NCBI GenBank assembly: GCA_951406725.2 | Contig: OX597820.1 | Coordinates: forward strand, 8,928,001-8,992,000 | Direction: 5' to 3' | DNA from: Octopus vulgaris | Taxonomy: Eukaryota | Length of the DNA stretch: 64,000 bases | In this document: positions 38,768 through 49,989 of the stretch, piece by piece | How positions within the stretch are numbered: the stretch's first letter is position 1 | Layout: the number at the start of each line of letters is the position of its first letter | Translations under genes and position numbers: made by a program | The notes under the pieces: generated by a model | Told to the model about the DNA's origin: nothing | Databases searched by the model: none | The model's input: only the letters and a program-made list of their open reading frames with translations

Positions 38768-38893
38768 GTTTGTGGGAAATCCTTCACAAGAAAGTTATTT
38801 GACTCAACATAAATTAAATCACACAACCTCTATACTCTTTCCCTGCGAAATTTGTGGTAAAAAGTTATCTTCGAGTAGTTCTCTGCATTTCCA
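38768..38893 (+). repeat. 126-bp direct copy of ZNF fingers 1-2 (source 40173-40300)
   Basis: Identical to the source except for a 2-nt deletion and 3 substitutions. Confidence 0.95.
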
Positions 38894-39059
38894 GACTGAA
38901 GTATTTTACCAAATATGATAAACCATTTCTTGTTTTTGTCTCTCTAAACATCTCTACTTTCCATCAAGCATTACTAATACATGCTGGTACCTGTGTAGAG
39001 TTCTTTTCTCTGCATATTTTCTCTCTCTCTTGCTGTTTCAAAGTCTCTTTTCAAATCTT

Positions 39060-39535
39060 AGCGGCTAACCGGTTTCTGTGCCAGTGGCACTTAAAAGGCA
39101 CCAGTCAAGCGTGATCGTTACCAGCGTCACATTACTGGCACTCGAGCCCCGTGCTAGTAGGGTATTAAGAGCACCATCCGAGCGCAATCGTTGCCAGAGC
39201 GGCTATCTGGCCTTCATGCTGGTGGCACGTAAAAGACACCATTTGAGCATGATCGTTGCCAGCATTGCCTTACTGGCACCTGTGCCGGTGGCATGTGTAA
39301 AAGATTCAAGCGAGGTCGTTGCCAGTACCGCCTGACTGGCCCCATGCCGGTGGCACGTAAAAGCACCCACTACACTCTCGGAGTGGTTGGCGTTAGGAAG
39401 GGCATCCAGCTGTAGAAACTCTGCCAGATCAAGATTGAAGCCTGGTGCAGCCACCTGGTTCGTCAGCCCTCAGTCATATGTCCAACCCATGCTAGCATGG
39501 AAAGCGGACGTTAAGTGATGATGATGATGGTGATG
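39060..39535 (+). mobile_element. RTE 3'-tail repeat with internal tandem units
   Basis: Consensus match with (GAT)n end. Confidence 0.85.
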
Positions 39536-39577
39536 AATCTTTGTCTCACTTTTAAACTGTCTTTCATCTCTCATACG

Positions 39578-39599
39578 TTTTTTTTCTTTTTTATTTCAG
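39578..39599 (+). promoter_or_regulatory. Predicted splice acceptor of the ZNF coding exon
   Basis: Long T tract ending TTATTTCAG, about 460 nt upstream of the ATG; the paralogue has the same arrangement. Confidence 0.6.
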
Positions 39600-40061
39600 A
39601 CTCAGCTACCGTTAAGATTGAAATTCCATACCAAGAACGCAGCAACAACTTGAAGCAAGACATGGGACTCTGCTAAACAATCTTTATTATCAAAAGTATT
39701 TCAGTTGACACCTGCAAGAATTTGCCATTGTCAAGATATTTGGCTTCTCTGTAATTTTCTGTAACAGTTTCTCTTGAAACATGTAGCATGAGGCTTTGAC
39801 TGACTTAGATATGTCTTTTATGGATCTGAATATATCTAGAGAATTTGAACTACTTCATGAATTCTTATTTAACTCTAGGGAAAAATTCCATCTAAAGAAA
39901 GTGTCTTTAGATTGAGAGTTCGGCACACTTCAAAAGAAAAAAAATAGTTTAGTTTAAAGAATAGTTTCAATATTGAGGACTTTTACTGAAAAGTTTTGTC
40001 GTCAAAAAACTCTAAGAATTTCCGACATTTTTTTGTATTATTTGAACTACGGAAAGGAATT

Positions 40062-41507
40062 ATGGAAGAAAATCAGTTTGAGGATGAAATTGATGATGAA
40101 ACAATAGAAAAGGTTGATGATTCCCCTAAAGAGACAAAGGTAGGTGCAGCTAAGAAATCCCATCCCTGTGACGTTTGTGGGAAATCCTTCACAAGAAATA
40201 GTTATTTGACTCAACATAAATTAAATCACACAACCTCTAAACTCTTTCCCTGCGAAATTTGTGGTAAAAAGTTGTCTTCGAGTAGTTCCCTGCATTTCCA
40301 CAAACGTATCCACACGGGGGAGAAACCCTACCACTGTGATATCTGTGGTAAATTTTTCTCCCGAATTAACAGTTTGACTCTTCACAAACGGATCCATTCA
40401 GGTGAAACCCCTTACCATTGTGATATCTGTGGGAAAATCTTGTCTTGCAGCAGCCAATTGGTTTCACACAGAAGAACTCATACCGGGGAGCAACCATATA
40501 AGTGTGACATTTGTGATAAAAACTTCTCCCATTTTAGTTATTTATCGAAACACAAACTCATCCATACAAGAGAGAAATTATTCCAGTGCGATATCTGTGG
40601 GAAAGGCTTCACTTTTAAAGTCCAACTATCGACTCACATCTGGATTCATACAGGAGAAAAACCATATCCATGTGATATTTGTGGTAAAACATTTTCACTG
40701 AAAGGTGAGTTATCTCGACATCAACGTGTTCACACTGGAGATAAGCCATTCCAGTGTGATATTTGTGGAAGGACATTTGCACAAAAAAGCCATGTCATTC
40801 AACATAAACTAATTCACACAGGCTCAAAGCCTTTTCATTGTGAAATTTGTGGAAAGAAATTCACTGCCAACAGTTCCCTGTCTTGTCATATACGTATCCA
40901 TACGGGAGAGAAACCCTACCACTGCGATATCTGTGATAAAACATTTACATGCAAGAGTCAGTTATCTCGTCATGAGCGAATTCATACTGGAGAGAAACCG
41001 TATAATTGCGATATTTGTAGTAAGACATTTGCATGTAGAAGCCAACTATCTTGTCATAAGCGTCTTCATACCGGAGAGAAACCGTACCATTGTGATATTT
41101 GTGGTAAAACATTTACTTGTATGAATCAATTATCTTGTCACAAACGTGTTCACACTGGAGAAAAACCATACCACTGTGATATTTGTGATAAATCGTTCTC
41201 TCTGAGTGGGAACTTGGCAAGTCACAAACGTATTCACAAAGGGGAGTGTCCGTATCGTTGTGAGACCTGTGGTAAAACATTCTCCCGCAGCAGTCACTTA
41301 TCCAATCACAATATTATTCACACAGGTGAGAAACCATATGACTGTGATATCTGTGGTAAGAAATTCCCTCGTGTTAGTTCTTTGACTGCTCACAAACGCG
41401 TTCACACGGGAGAAAAGCCTTACCATTGTGACGTTTGTGGTAAAGATTTCACTTGGAAAGGCCAGTTTTCTAATCATGTACAGACACATTCTGGAGACAA
41501 GTCGTAG
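40062..41507 (+). CDS. C2H2 zinc-finger protein, 481 aa: short acidic N-terminus followed by 16 tandem fingers in one coding exon
   Basis: Uninterrupted ORF. The first ATG is at 40062 (the ORF track starts at an upstream TTG, 39996). 16 CxxC-x12-HxxxH motifs with TGEKPY-type linkers. Acceptor-like tract at 39578-39599 and AATAAA at 41895. Confidence 0.93.
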   Translation: MEENQFEDEIDDETIEKVDDSPKETKVGAAKKSHPCDVCGKSFTRNSYLTQHKLNHTTSKLFPCEICGKKLSSSSSLHFHKRIHTGEKPYHCDICGKFFSRINSLTLHKRIHSGETPYHCDICGKILSCSSQLVSHRRTHTGEQPYKCDICDKNFSHFSYLSKHKLIHTREKLFQCDICGKGFTFKVQLSTHIWIHTGEKPYPCDICGKTFSLKGELSRHQRVHTGDKPFQCDICGRTFAQKSHVIQHKLIHTGSKPFHCEICGKKFTANSSLSCHIRIHTGEKPYHCDICDKTFTCKSQLSRHERIHTGEKPYNCDICSKTFACRSQLSCHKRLHTGEKPYHCDICGKTFTCMNQLSCHKRVHTGEKPYHCDICDKSFSLSGNLASHKRIHKGECPYRCETCGKTFSRSSHLSNHNIIHTGEKPYDCDICGKKFPRVSSLTAHKRVHTGEKPYHCDVCGKDFTWKGQFSNHVQTHSGDKS

Positions 41508-41894
41508 CATTGTTTTGAGAGAAAACTGTCTTCCAATATATTTCTCATCAGAGACAGACACACCTGGAAAGTAATCCATAGAATGGTGAAATTCTATTTA
41601 AAAAAAAAAAATCCAATGAAAGATTCTTGTGGTTCACTTCACCATAACAGAGATATTCAAGTGACAATGAAATTATGAGAGAGAGAAATCATGTTGTGAC
41701 AGGATTAAGTTACAATGGGATTCTTGTGAAAGACACATCAAATTAAATTCAGAAGAAAACTTGTGAAATGAATGGAAACACTACAAAACTTCCACTACAA
41801 CTATTTTGAGTATTTTCTATTTATGATTAATGTATTTGTGCTGTCAATGATGACAGAAAGTATAACTGTCTTACGTAAATGTATTGAAAATGAT

Positions 41895-41900
41895 AATAAA
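41895..41900 (+). promoter_or_regulatory. Candidate polyadenylation signal of the ZNF gene
   Basis: AATAAA about 390 nt after the stop, just before repeat sequence begins. Confidence 0.45.
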
Positions 41901-41977
41901 ATTAAGTTAAAATACAAAAATAAGACTTAATTTTTTAAATACTCATAACAGCTTGGAAAACATCTAAAAAGCTTCAA

Positions 41978-42300
41978 AATGCAGTTTGAGTTTGTGCCAG
42001 GATGTGAGGGCACAGATGCTGTATTTTCAATGAGACAGTTACAAGAATATTCCTTGGTAAAGAACATGCTGTTCTATTTTTCTGATATAGGTCTTTGACT
42101 GAGGTTTGAGGTACTAAGTATATTTGGTGCAGATGACACTAAGAAAAATTGACTTGTAGAGTTTATCAAGCTATGTAGGAAGGTGCTATCAGCAAAAGTA
42201 GGCTTCTCAACATGTTCGGTGGGAAGTTTAGTGTAAAAGGCAAGTATTCATCAGAGTTCTCTTCTCAGCTCCCTTCTAATCTTATAGTTCTTGAATTCTG
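41978..42300 (+). mobile_element. Old RTE reverse-transcriptase fragment
   Basis: MQFEFVPGCEGTDAVFSMRQLQE, then a degenerate HQxSxLSPLL motif. Confidence 0.7.
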
Positions 42301-42321
42301 CACTAATTGACATTGAGTATT

Positions 42322-43865
42322 TCATCATCATCATCATCATCGTTTAACATCCGTTTTCTGTGCTAGCATGGGTTGGACGGTTTGACCGGGGTCTGGGAAG
42401 CCAGGAGGCTGCACCAGGCCCAGTCTGATCTGGCAGTGTTTCTACAGCTGGATGCCCTTCCTAACGCCAACCTCTCCATGAGCGTAGTGGGTGCTTTTTA
42501 CATGCCACCGGCACAGGTGCTAGGGGAGGCTAGCAGCGGCCACAATCGGTTGGTGCTTTTTACATGCCACCAGCACGGAAGCCAGTCAAGGCAGTGAATG
42601 ATCTAATTCTCCTGGAAAACTCTGGCAAACTGAATTCCAAAGCTGGAAGCATTGTCTACAGTCTTAAAGCCTGAAGGTCAACATTGCTGAAAGCAAAATG
42701 CTAGTTAGTGAGAAAAAGAGAGCATGACATAGTCTTGGGGTTTCATACAAGAATGAAGAAAGCTAGAATTAAATAGTCAGTGCTAGGAACTGAAAACATG
42801 CACTGAACTATGGTAAATCTTGGGCTTATCCTAGGTATATTGTATTATGGTTAAGAAGTTCACTTCACAATGACATAATCCTGGGGGTTGATCCCACTGC
42901 ATGGCAACTTGGATAGGTATCTATCTTCTGCAATAGCCTAAGTCCACATTGCCAGAGCGGCTAACTGGCCTCCGTGCCAGTGGCACGTAAAAGACACCAT
43001 TTGAGTGTGATCATTACCAGCATCGCCTTACTGGCACCTGTGCCAGTGGCATGGGTAAAAGATTTGAGTGAGGTCGTTGCCAGTGGTGCCTGACTGGCCC
43101 TGTGCCAGCAGCACATAAAAGCGCCCACTACACTCTCGGAGTAGTTGGTGTTAGGAAGGGCATCCAGCTGTAGAAACTCTGCCAGATCAAGATTGAAGCC
43201 TGGTGCAGCCATCTGGTTCGCCAGCCCTCAGTCATACGTCTGACCCATGCTAGCATGGAAAGCAGATGTTAAACGATGATGTTGGGGTGGATACAGGAAG
43301 AAGCTCATCATCTGTATGTGCTGCATTTATCTGTGCTTGTGTATAGTCTTGTCTTCCTATGGATGGTAGGATGGTAGTAAATGAGCATCATCATGCAAAT
43401 GGTATTGCTTTTCAGTCTTACACAAAAAAATGCTTGGCCATGGGGGAAATATTACAAGTGAAAGTTGTCAACAGGAAGGGCATCTGGCTGTAGAATGTCT
43501 TCCATAACATTCTGTCTGACCCATGTAAGCATGGAAAAGTGAACATTGGACTATGATGATATGTATGTGTGTAACTATATTGAACCTCTCGTCACCTTGT
43601 ACAAACCTACTTCCCTCACTACTACTCTCCTGTCTGTTGAGGGGTCTTGTCTTGCAAGTTAGTCGGTGACCTTGCTGGTGCCATGTAAAAAGCTTCCAGT
43701 CCACACTCTGTGAAGTGGTTGGCTACAGGAAGGGCATCCAGCTGTAAAAACTAGGCCAAAGCAGGCAGTAAACTTTGGCACAGACCTCTGGCTTGCCAGC
43801 TCCTGTCAAACCATCCAACCCATGACAGCATGGAAAACAGACATTAAATGGTAATGATGATGATG
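42322..43865. mobile_element. Cluster of four RTE 3'-tail repeats (42322-42595 -, 42950-43282 +, 43465-43560 +, 43640-43865 +)
   Basis: Consensus matches. Confidence 0.8.
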
Positions 43866-44596
43866 TGTGTGTGTGTGTGTCTGTATCCTTGTGTAGGCAC
43901 ATTGAGAAGATCTGCTGAAATTGTTGAAATGCTAAACTGGAGGCATGTAGATGTACACTGTATGCCAGAGGTAAGTTGGAAAGGAGCCTCAGGCAAACTC
44001 CTCACCAACTAAGAGCATACGCATAAAATCTTCTGGGAAGGCAATACTGACAGCATTCTTTTAGTTGTGAAATGGGTGGATAAAGTGATCAAGGCAGTCA
44101 GTTTGTATCATAGGTTCTTGTACTTAGACAAGTCTTGGTAAATACAACTATTCTCTCTGCCTATACTCTTCAAACAGAACTGCCAGATAAACAAAAGGAT
44201 CGATTATATATTGCCCTTTTGCAGACTATCTCAACAATAAATGACATTAATCTTATCTTCATGACTGGCCACTTCAGTGGACATATGGCAAGTATCTTGG
44301 TGGTTTCCATGGTGTACAAGGAGGTGAAGGATTTAGAGTTTTGTGACGTAAATGACCTAATGATTTTCAGCATTAACTTCAGGAAACCAGCCAGTCACCC
44401 AATCACCTATCAATCTGGTGGACACACAAACCAGATTGACTATGTTCTCACCAGAAAATGAGATAGATGGATACTCATAAACCTTCTTAAGTGAAGAATG
44501 TACTCCCCAACATAAGCTAGTCATTAGTAACTTTAAACTTCAGGTAAGGACTCTGAAAGACAAACCAGTCTGGAAAAGGAATGTATGGGAGATTAA

Positions 44597-45321
44597 CCCT
44601 TTTGTTACCATATTTCTGCTGAGAGGCTCTGTTTCTTTCAATTAATTCTAAATATAACAAAGAATTTAGTAAAATAACTTAGTTATCATTAAGCTAGTGT
44701 TAGGAACATAAATTGTGACTAAGGTTTGGTGGAAGATTTTAATTCAAAACTTATGAAAACAAGATATTTGTACTACAGAGCCAGAGGCGGTTTCAGCCAG
44801 GTTGGTATCGAAAGGGTTAAGAAATGTTTCTCTATTATATATTTTAACCCTTTTATTACCATATTTCTTTTGAGATGCTCTGTGTTTCTTTCAATTAATT
44901 CTAAATATAACAAAGAATTTAGTAAAATAACTTAGTTATCATTCAGTTAGTGTTAGGAACATAAATTGTGACTAAGGTTTGGTGGAAGATTTTAATTCAA
45001 AACTTTCAAAAACAAGATATTTGTACTACAGAGCCAGAGGCAGTTTCAGCAGTTTTGGTATCAAAAGGGTTAAGAATTGTTTCTCTATTATATATTTTAA
45101 CCCTTTTGTTACCATATTTCTATTGAGATGCTCTGTGTTTCTTTCAATTACTTTAAATATAACAAAGAATTTAGTAAAATAACTTAGTTATCATTCAGCT
45201 AGTGTTAGGAACACAAATTGTGACTAAGGTTTGGTGGAAGATTTTAATTGAAAACTTATGAAAACAAGACATTTGTACTACAGAGCCAGAGGCGGTTTCA
45301 GGCGGGTTGATATCAAAAGGG
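44597..45321. mobile_element. Trimer of a piggyBac-type MITE of about 221 bp (44597-44816, 44848-45069, 45101-45321)
   Basis: Each unit reads TTAA|CCCTTTT…AAAGGG|TTAA with a TIR of about 14 bp. Excision restores the RTE frame VWEIKDP. Confidence 0.9.
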
Positions 45322-45975
45322 TTAAGGATCCATTGAATAGTTAAAGATTCAGAGATGTCCTAATTAAAGCATTTGACAAGGAGATGGAGTAGATGTATAG
45401 CATAAACTACAGGCATGACACCTGGTCAGTGCAAAGTTCCTGCCAGGCAAAGAGTGACATGATGGACGAGTGGAGGTAGTATACGAGGCAGTTAGAAAAG
45501 AAACTGGACAATGGGTATATTTGGTTGGTGGGGAAAGCAAAAAGGAAGAGGTCACTGTTTTGCTGCATGGGGTGTTCCATGTTACAAGACATTGTGTCAG
45601 AGTAAATTATGTTGTAGGAGAAAAGTGTGGTTGGGTGGATGAGGGTACACTTCAGTGATTCAGAATAAAATGAGGCATGGAAGAGTCACTGTGAAAGGCT
45701 GCTAATTGTGGCGAATGCATGGGAGGAGAGTCTTCTTGATGTGGATCCAACAAACAGACCAGCTATCCAAGCTGAAAGCAGTATAAGAGATAAAGCAATT
45801 AAGGATACAAGGATAGGAAAAGCCCCTGGTCCATCAGGAATTATCACCAAGATGATTAAAATATGGCCTAGTCACCTGTACAGTTGATTAGGTTATCCAG
45901 GAGGATATCATACACAATAACTTATATAGCAGCATTATAGCCAACTGCAATAAAGGTAAGGGAGGTGCTCTAGAC

Positions 45976-46700
45976 CAGGGGTCACCAAATTTGTTTTGTT
46001 TTTTCTGGCAGACCGGATAACAGAGAATGACATGTGTGGGCCATATAACCATTTTGTTCAATATAGTCAATACACAACAAAGACAACCAACATATTTATT
46101 TACCAAAAAGGTATCAAAGAAAACAACATTAGCAATAAGATAGTTATATCACACTCAGTGCACAAGGTTAGTGAGGTTTGTGAAAGTGGTGTTTAGCTTT
46201 TAAGACATCATCAATATTTGCTTTGGAATTGCTGCATCCAACCAAGAGAATTGCTTTCAAATGTTCATCAGTCAATCTCATTCAATGTGTTGATTTCACA
46301 TCATTATTGAAAATGTTTGCTCACAGACATAAGTTGTTCCAAACACCAATGCTATACCAGAGGCAAATGAACTCTCATTGCAGGTACTTACACATCATCA
46401 CCGTTTAACGTCCGCTTTCCATGCTAGCATGGGTTGGACGGTTCGACTGGGGTCTGGGAAGCTAGGAGGCCGCACCAGGCCCAGTCTGATCTGGCAGTGT
46501 TTCTACAGCTGGATGCCCTTCCTAACGCCAGCCACTCCGTGAGTGTAGTGGGTGCTTTTTACGTGCCACCGGCACAGGTGCCAGGCGAGGCTGGCAACAG
46601 CCACGATCTGTTGGTGCTTTTTATGTGCCACCAAAAAAGAAAAATACTGTGTGATGGCAGACCGAATGAACTGACCTTGCGGGCCATAGTTTGATTACTG
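45976..46700 (-). mobile_element. hAT (Charlie-like) deletion derivative with an 8-bp TSD
   Basis: TSD CTCTAGAC at 45968-45975 and 46701-46708; termini CAGGGGTCACCAAA…TTTGATTACTG. The minus strand encodes FGTTYVCEQTFS…RLTDEHLKAIL (hAT C-terminal dimerisation region). Confidence 0.88.
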
Positions 46701-47965
46701 CTCTAGACAAGTAATTATAGAGGTATCAAATTGCTTGACCAGGTGATGAAAGTTACAGAAAGGGTCTTAGCTCAACTAATTCGAAAGTGAGTTAACCTAG
46801 ATGAGAAGCAGTTTCATTTTGTGCCACGGAGAAGGACTACTGGTGCCATCTTCCTAGTAAGACAACTACAGGAGAAGCATTTGTTGATGGGGACAAAGTC
46901 TCTTTCCCTCTCAACTGGTGTCATTGCAGAAGTTAGGGGCAGGTGAACAGCTGATGAGAACTCCCCAAGCCAAATACATAGATACTATCTGTAAGGTGAA
47001 ATGAGCACAGCAATGAATATTGTGTGCAGGTAAAAGTTCACTGGGGATCAGTTCTCAATCCCCTCTTATCATAGTCCTCCAACCCTTAACAGAGAGATTT
47101 AAGACTGGTTGCCTGTGGGAGCTCCTCTATGCTGACGACCTTGTTCTTATAGCTGAACTTGTAGTAGAAATACTGAAGAAATTGCAGAAGTGGAAGCAAG
47201 GCCTAGAATTAAAGGTCCTTGCAGTTAATTTAGCAAAGACCAAAGGAAAGCAGGCAAATTACTGATTCTTTCAAGGAAATGGCCCTGCTTATCATCATCA
47301 TCATTGTTTAACATCCGCCTTCCATGCTAGCATGGGTTGGACGATATGACTGAGGGCTGGCGAACCAGACGGCCGCACCAGGCTCCAATCTTGATCTGGC
47401 AGAGTTTCTACAGCTGGATGCCCTTCCTAATGCCAACCACTCCGAGAGTGTAGTAGAAATTCCACACAGTACTCAGTGCATGCTATGAGCACATAAGCAG
47501 TGCAGTGGAATCATAAGAGGGTTAACGAGAGAAAGTAGTCTTTGTGACAAATTGTGCAGGAACAATAAAGATTAAGAAGACCCAGGAGGATCGAAGGCAG
47601 TAACAAATGGTTTCTGTTATCTAGGTGACCCCTAATTAGCAGTGGAGGAGGACTTCTGAAAGCATAATTGCTAGAATAAGATCCAGCTCGGAAAAGTTTA
47701 GAGATATTATCTTTGTTGGTAACAAAGGGCCTTCCTCTCGGGGTGAAAGGCAGATTATATGATGCATGTGTACAAACAGCTATGCTACATGGTAGTGAAA
47801 TGTGGACTGTGACTGTAGAAGACATGCAAAGCTCAAAACAAAAATGAAGCTAGTATGCTCCAATGGATGTGCATGTATGCCAAAGTGTAAACTTGGGTAG
47901 AAGAGGCGTCAGATATTGTGTGCAACGGAAAAGACTACCAGTATGGTCATGTATTTTATATGAAT

Positions 47966-49092
47966 GAAGCTGAATCACTATGACAACTAGAGAAGAAATT
48001 TCAGGTGGTGGAATCAAAACCTGGAATCTAAGGGCCTTGGAGTTAATTTAACTAAAACCAAACTTGTAGTAAATAGGAAAACAGAGAAATCACAAGAACC
48101 TTTAAGGAGATGGCCCTGCTCGATATGTAAGAAAGGTGTTGGTAGAAACTCCATATGTTGTACCCAGTGCAAGCTTTGGATACATAAGAGGTGTAACAGC
48201 ATCACAGGAAGGTTAATGAAGAAGATAGACTTTGTATGTGATAAATGTGCAGGTACAATAAGCACTAGAAATGCTCAGGGGGATCATTAGAAGTAATAGA
48301 TAGCTTGTGTTGCCTAGGTGACTGAATTAGCAGTGTAGGAGGAAGTTCTAAAAGTGTAGTTGCTAGAATAAGAACAGGCTGGGGCAAAGTTCAGAGAGCT
48401 TCTGTCTTTGTTGGTGACTAAAGGCCTCTCCTTCAGAGTGAAAGGCAGATTGTATGATGCCTGTGCTACATGGCAGTGAAACATGAGTTTTAATTATAGA
48501 GGACTTGCGAAGGATTGAAAGGAATGAAGCTAGCATTCTCTTCTGGGTGGGTAATGTTAGCGTGCACCCACACAACAAAGTGTGGGTGATTTAAGAGGAA
48601 TACTAGGTATAAGAAGCATCAGTTGTAAGAGAGAAGACTGTGCTGGTTTGGTCATGCGATGTGTGTGATTGAGGACAGAAGCACAAAGAAGTACTGAGCG
48701 CTACTTGTAGAGGGAACCTGTGGAAGATGGAAAAAGTGCTGAGGAAGGATCTTCAGATGCTGGGCCTCACTGAGAAAATGATAAGGGATCAGGAGTTGTA
48801 GCAATTTGTTGTACTTGGGAAGATGCATCAGGCCAAGTAAAATCACTGTCATCTGTACATATAGGCTTGTAAAATGCACTCGTACCAGTGCTGCATATGT
48901 GCACCCATGCCGGAAGCATGTAAAAAGTATCCAGCATACTCTGTAAAATGGTTGGCGTTAGGAAAGGCATCCAGCTGTAGAGACCATGCCACAACGGATC
49001 ATTTGGAATCTGGACAGCTCCCCAGCTGGCCAGCACCTGTCAAACCATCCCAATCATGCCAGCTTGGAAAACAGACATTAAACAAGGATGAT
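47966..49092 (+). mobile_element. Second RTE copy: post-RT Cys-rich region, C-terminus and 3' tail
   Basis: RWPCSICKKGVGRNSICCTQCKLWIHKRC…FVCDKC and WFGHAM; tail motif GTTAGGAAAGGCATCCAGCTGTAG. Confidence 0.82.
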
Positions 49093-49989
49093 CGATCAAA
49101 AATCAATGAAAATTGCAGTTGCAATACCAGTGCCGGTGGCACGTAAAAGAACCATCTGAACGTGGCCGTTGCCAGCCTCACCTGGCACATAAAAAGCACC
49201 TACTACACTTACGGAGTGGTTGGCGTTAGGAAGGGCATCCAGCTGTAGAAACACTGCCAGATCAGACTGGGCCTGGTGCAGACTCCTGGCTTCCCAGACC
49301 CTGGTCGAACTGTCCAACCCATGCTAGCATGGAAAGCAGACATTAAACAAGGATGATGAAGACAGCTGTATTAAGATGTACCATAAATGTGTATAGACTC
49401 TGTGGAAGACGAAGATGTGAGATGATGTAGTGATGAATGAGCTTCAAATGTTGAACATCTTGGAGATGACAAAGGACTGAAATGATTGGTGATTTATTGT
49501 GCAGGAGAAGAGTTGCTCATCTAAGTTAAAATGGGGGCCTAATGGTATGCCATTTATTTGTATGCCTTGAGACAATGTGTAATTTGAGGAAGATTTGGTT
49601 GTTATTTCTAATGAATATATTGATAATCCCATGTTGATTTATCAAATAATGTTATTTTTGCTTACAAAGAGATACTGACCACGTATTTGTGTAAGAAAAA
49701 CTTGTTTTTTGCCAAAGTAGAATTAAATGTTTTGATGGCCCAGAGTTTAAGGGACTCAGTGAAAGTTATACTTTTGTTGAGTAAGGGAGATAACTGTTTC
49801 AATGAGAGCATTTGACATCATTTAATGTCCATCATCAATGTTAGCCAAGGGTTGAACTGTTTGATAGTGTCCTACTGGGTTAGCCAAGTATCTCCTCAGT
49901 AGTAAGACAGCTATCCCTGTCCCTCTGTCATACTCCAACCTCTTGCCTAGCACACAGTCACTTCACTCAGTTCCAATGTCTTTCAACTG

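Larger units (their letters stand above)
43890..47965 (+). mobile_element. Near full-length degenerate RTE LINE (endonuclease + RT) interrupted by nested elements
   Basis: NFRKPASHPITYQSGGHTNQIDYVL (endonuclease), KAPGPSGI, NYRGIKLLDQVMKV and LLYADDLVLIAE. Confidence 0.88.

Noticed and set aside
39996-40061. N-terminal extension of the ZNF ORF in the ORF track
   Set aside because: It starts at TTG; the first ATG is at 40062.
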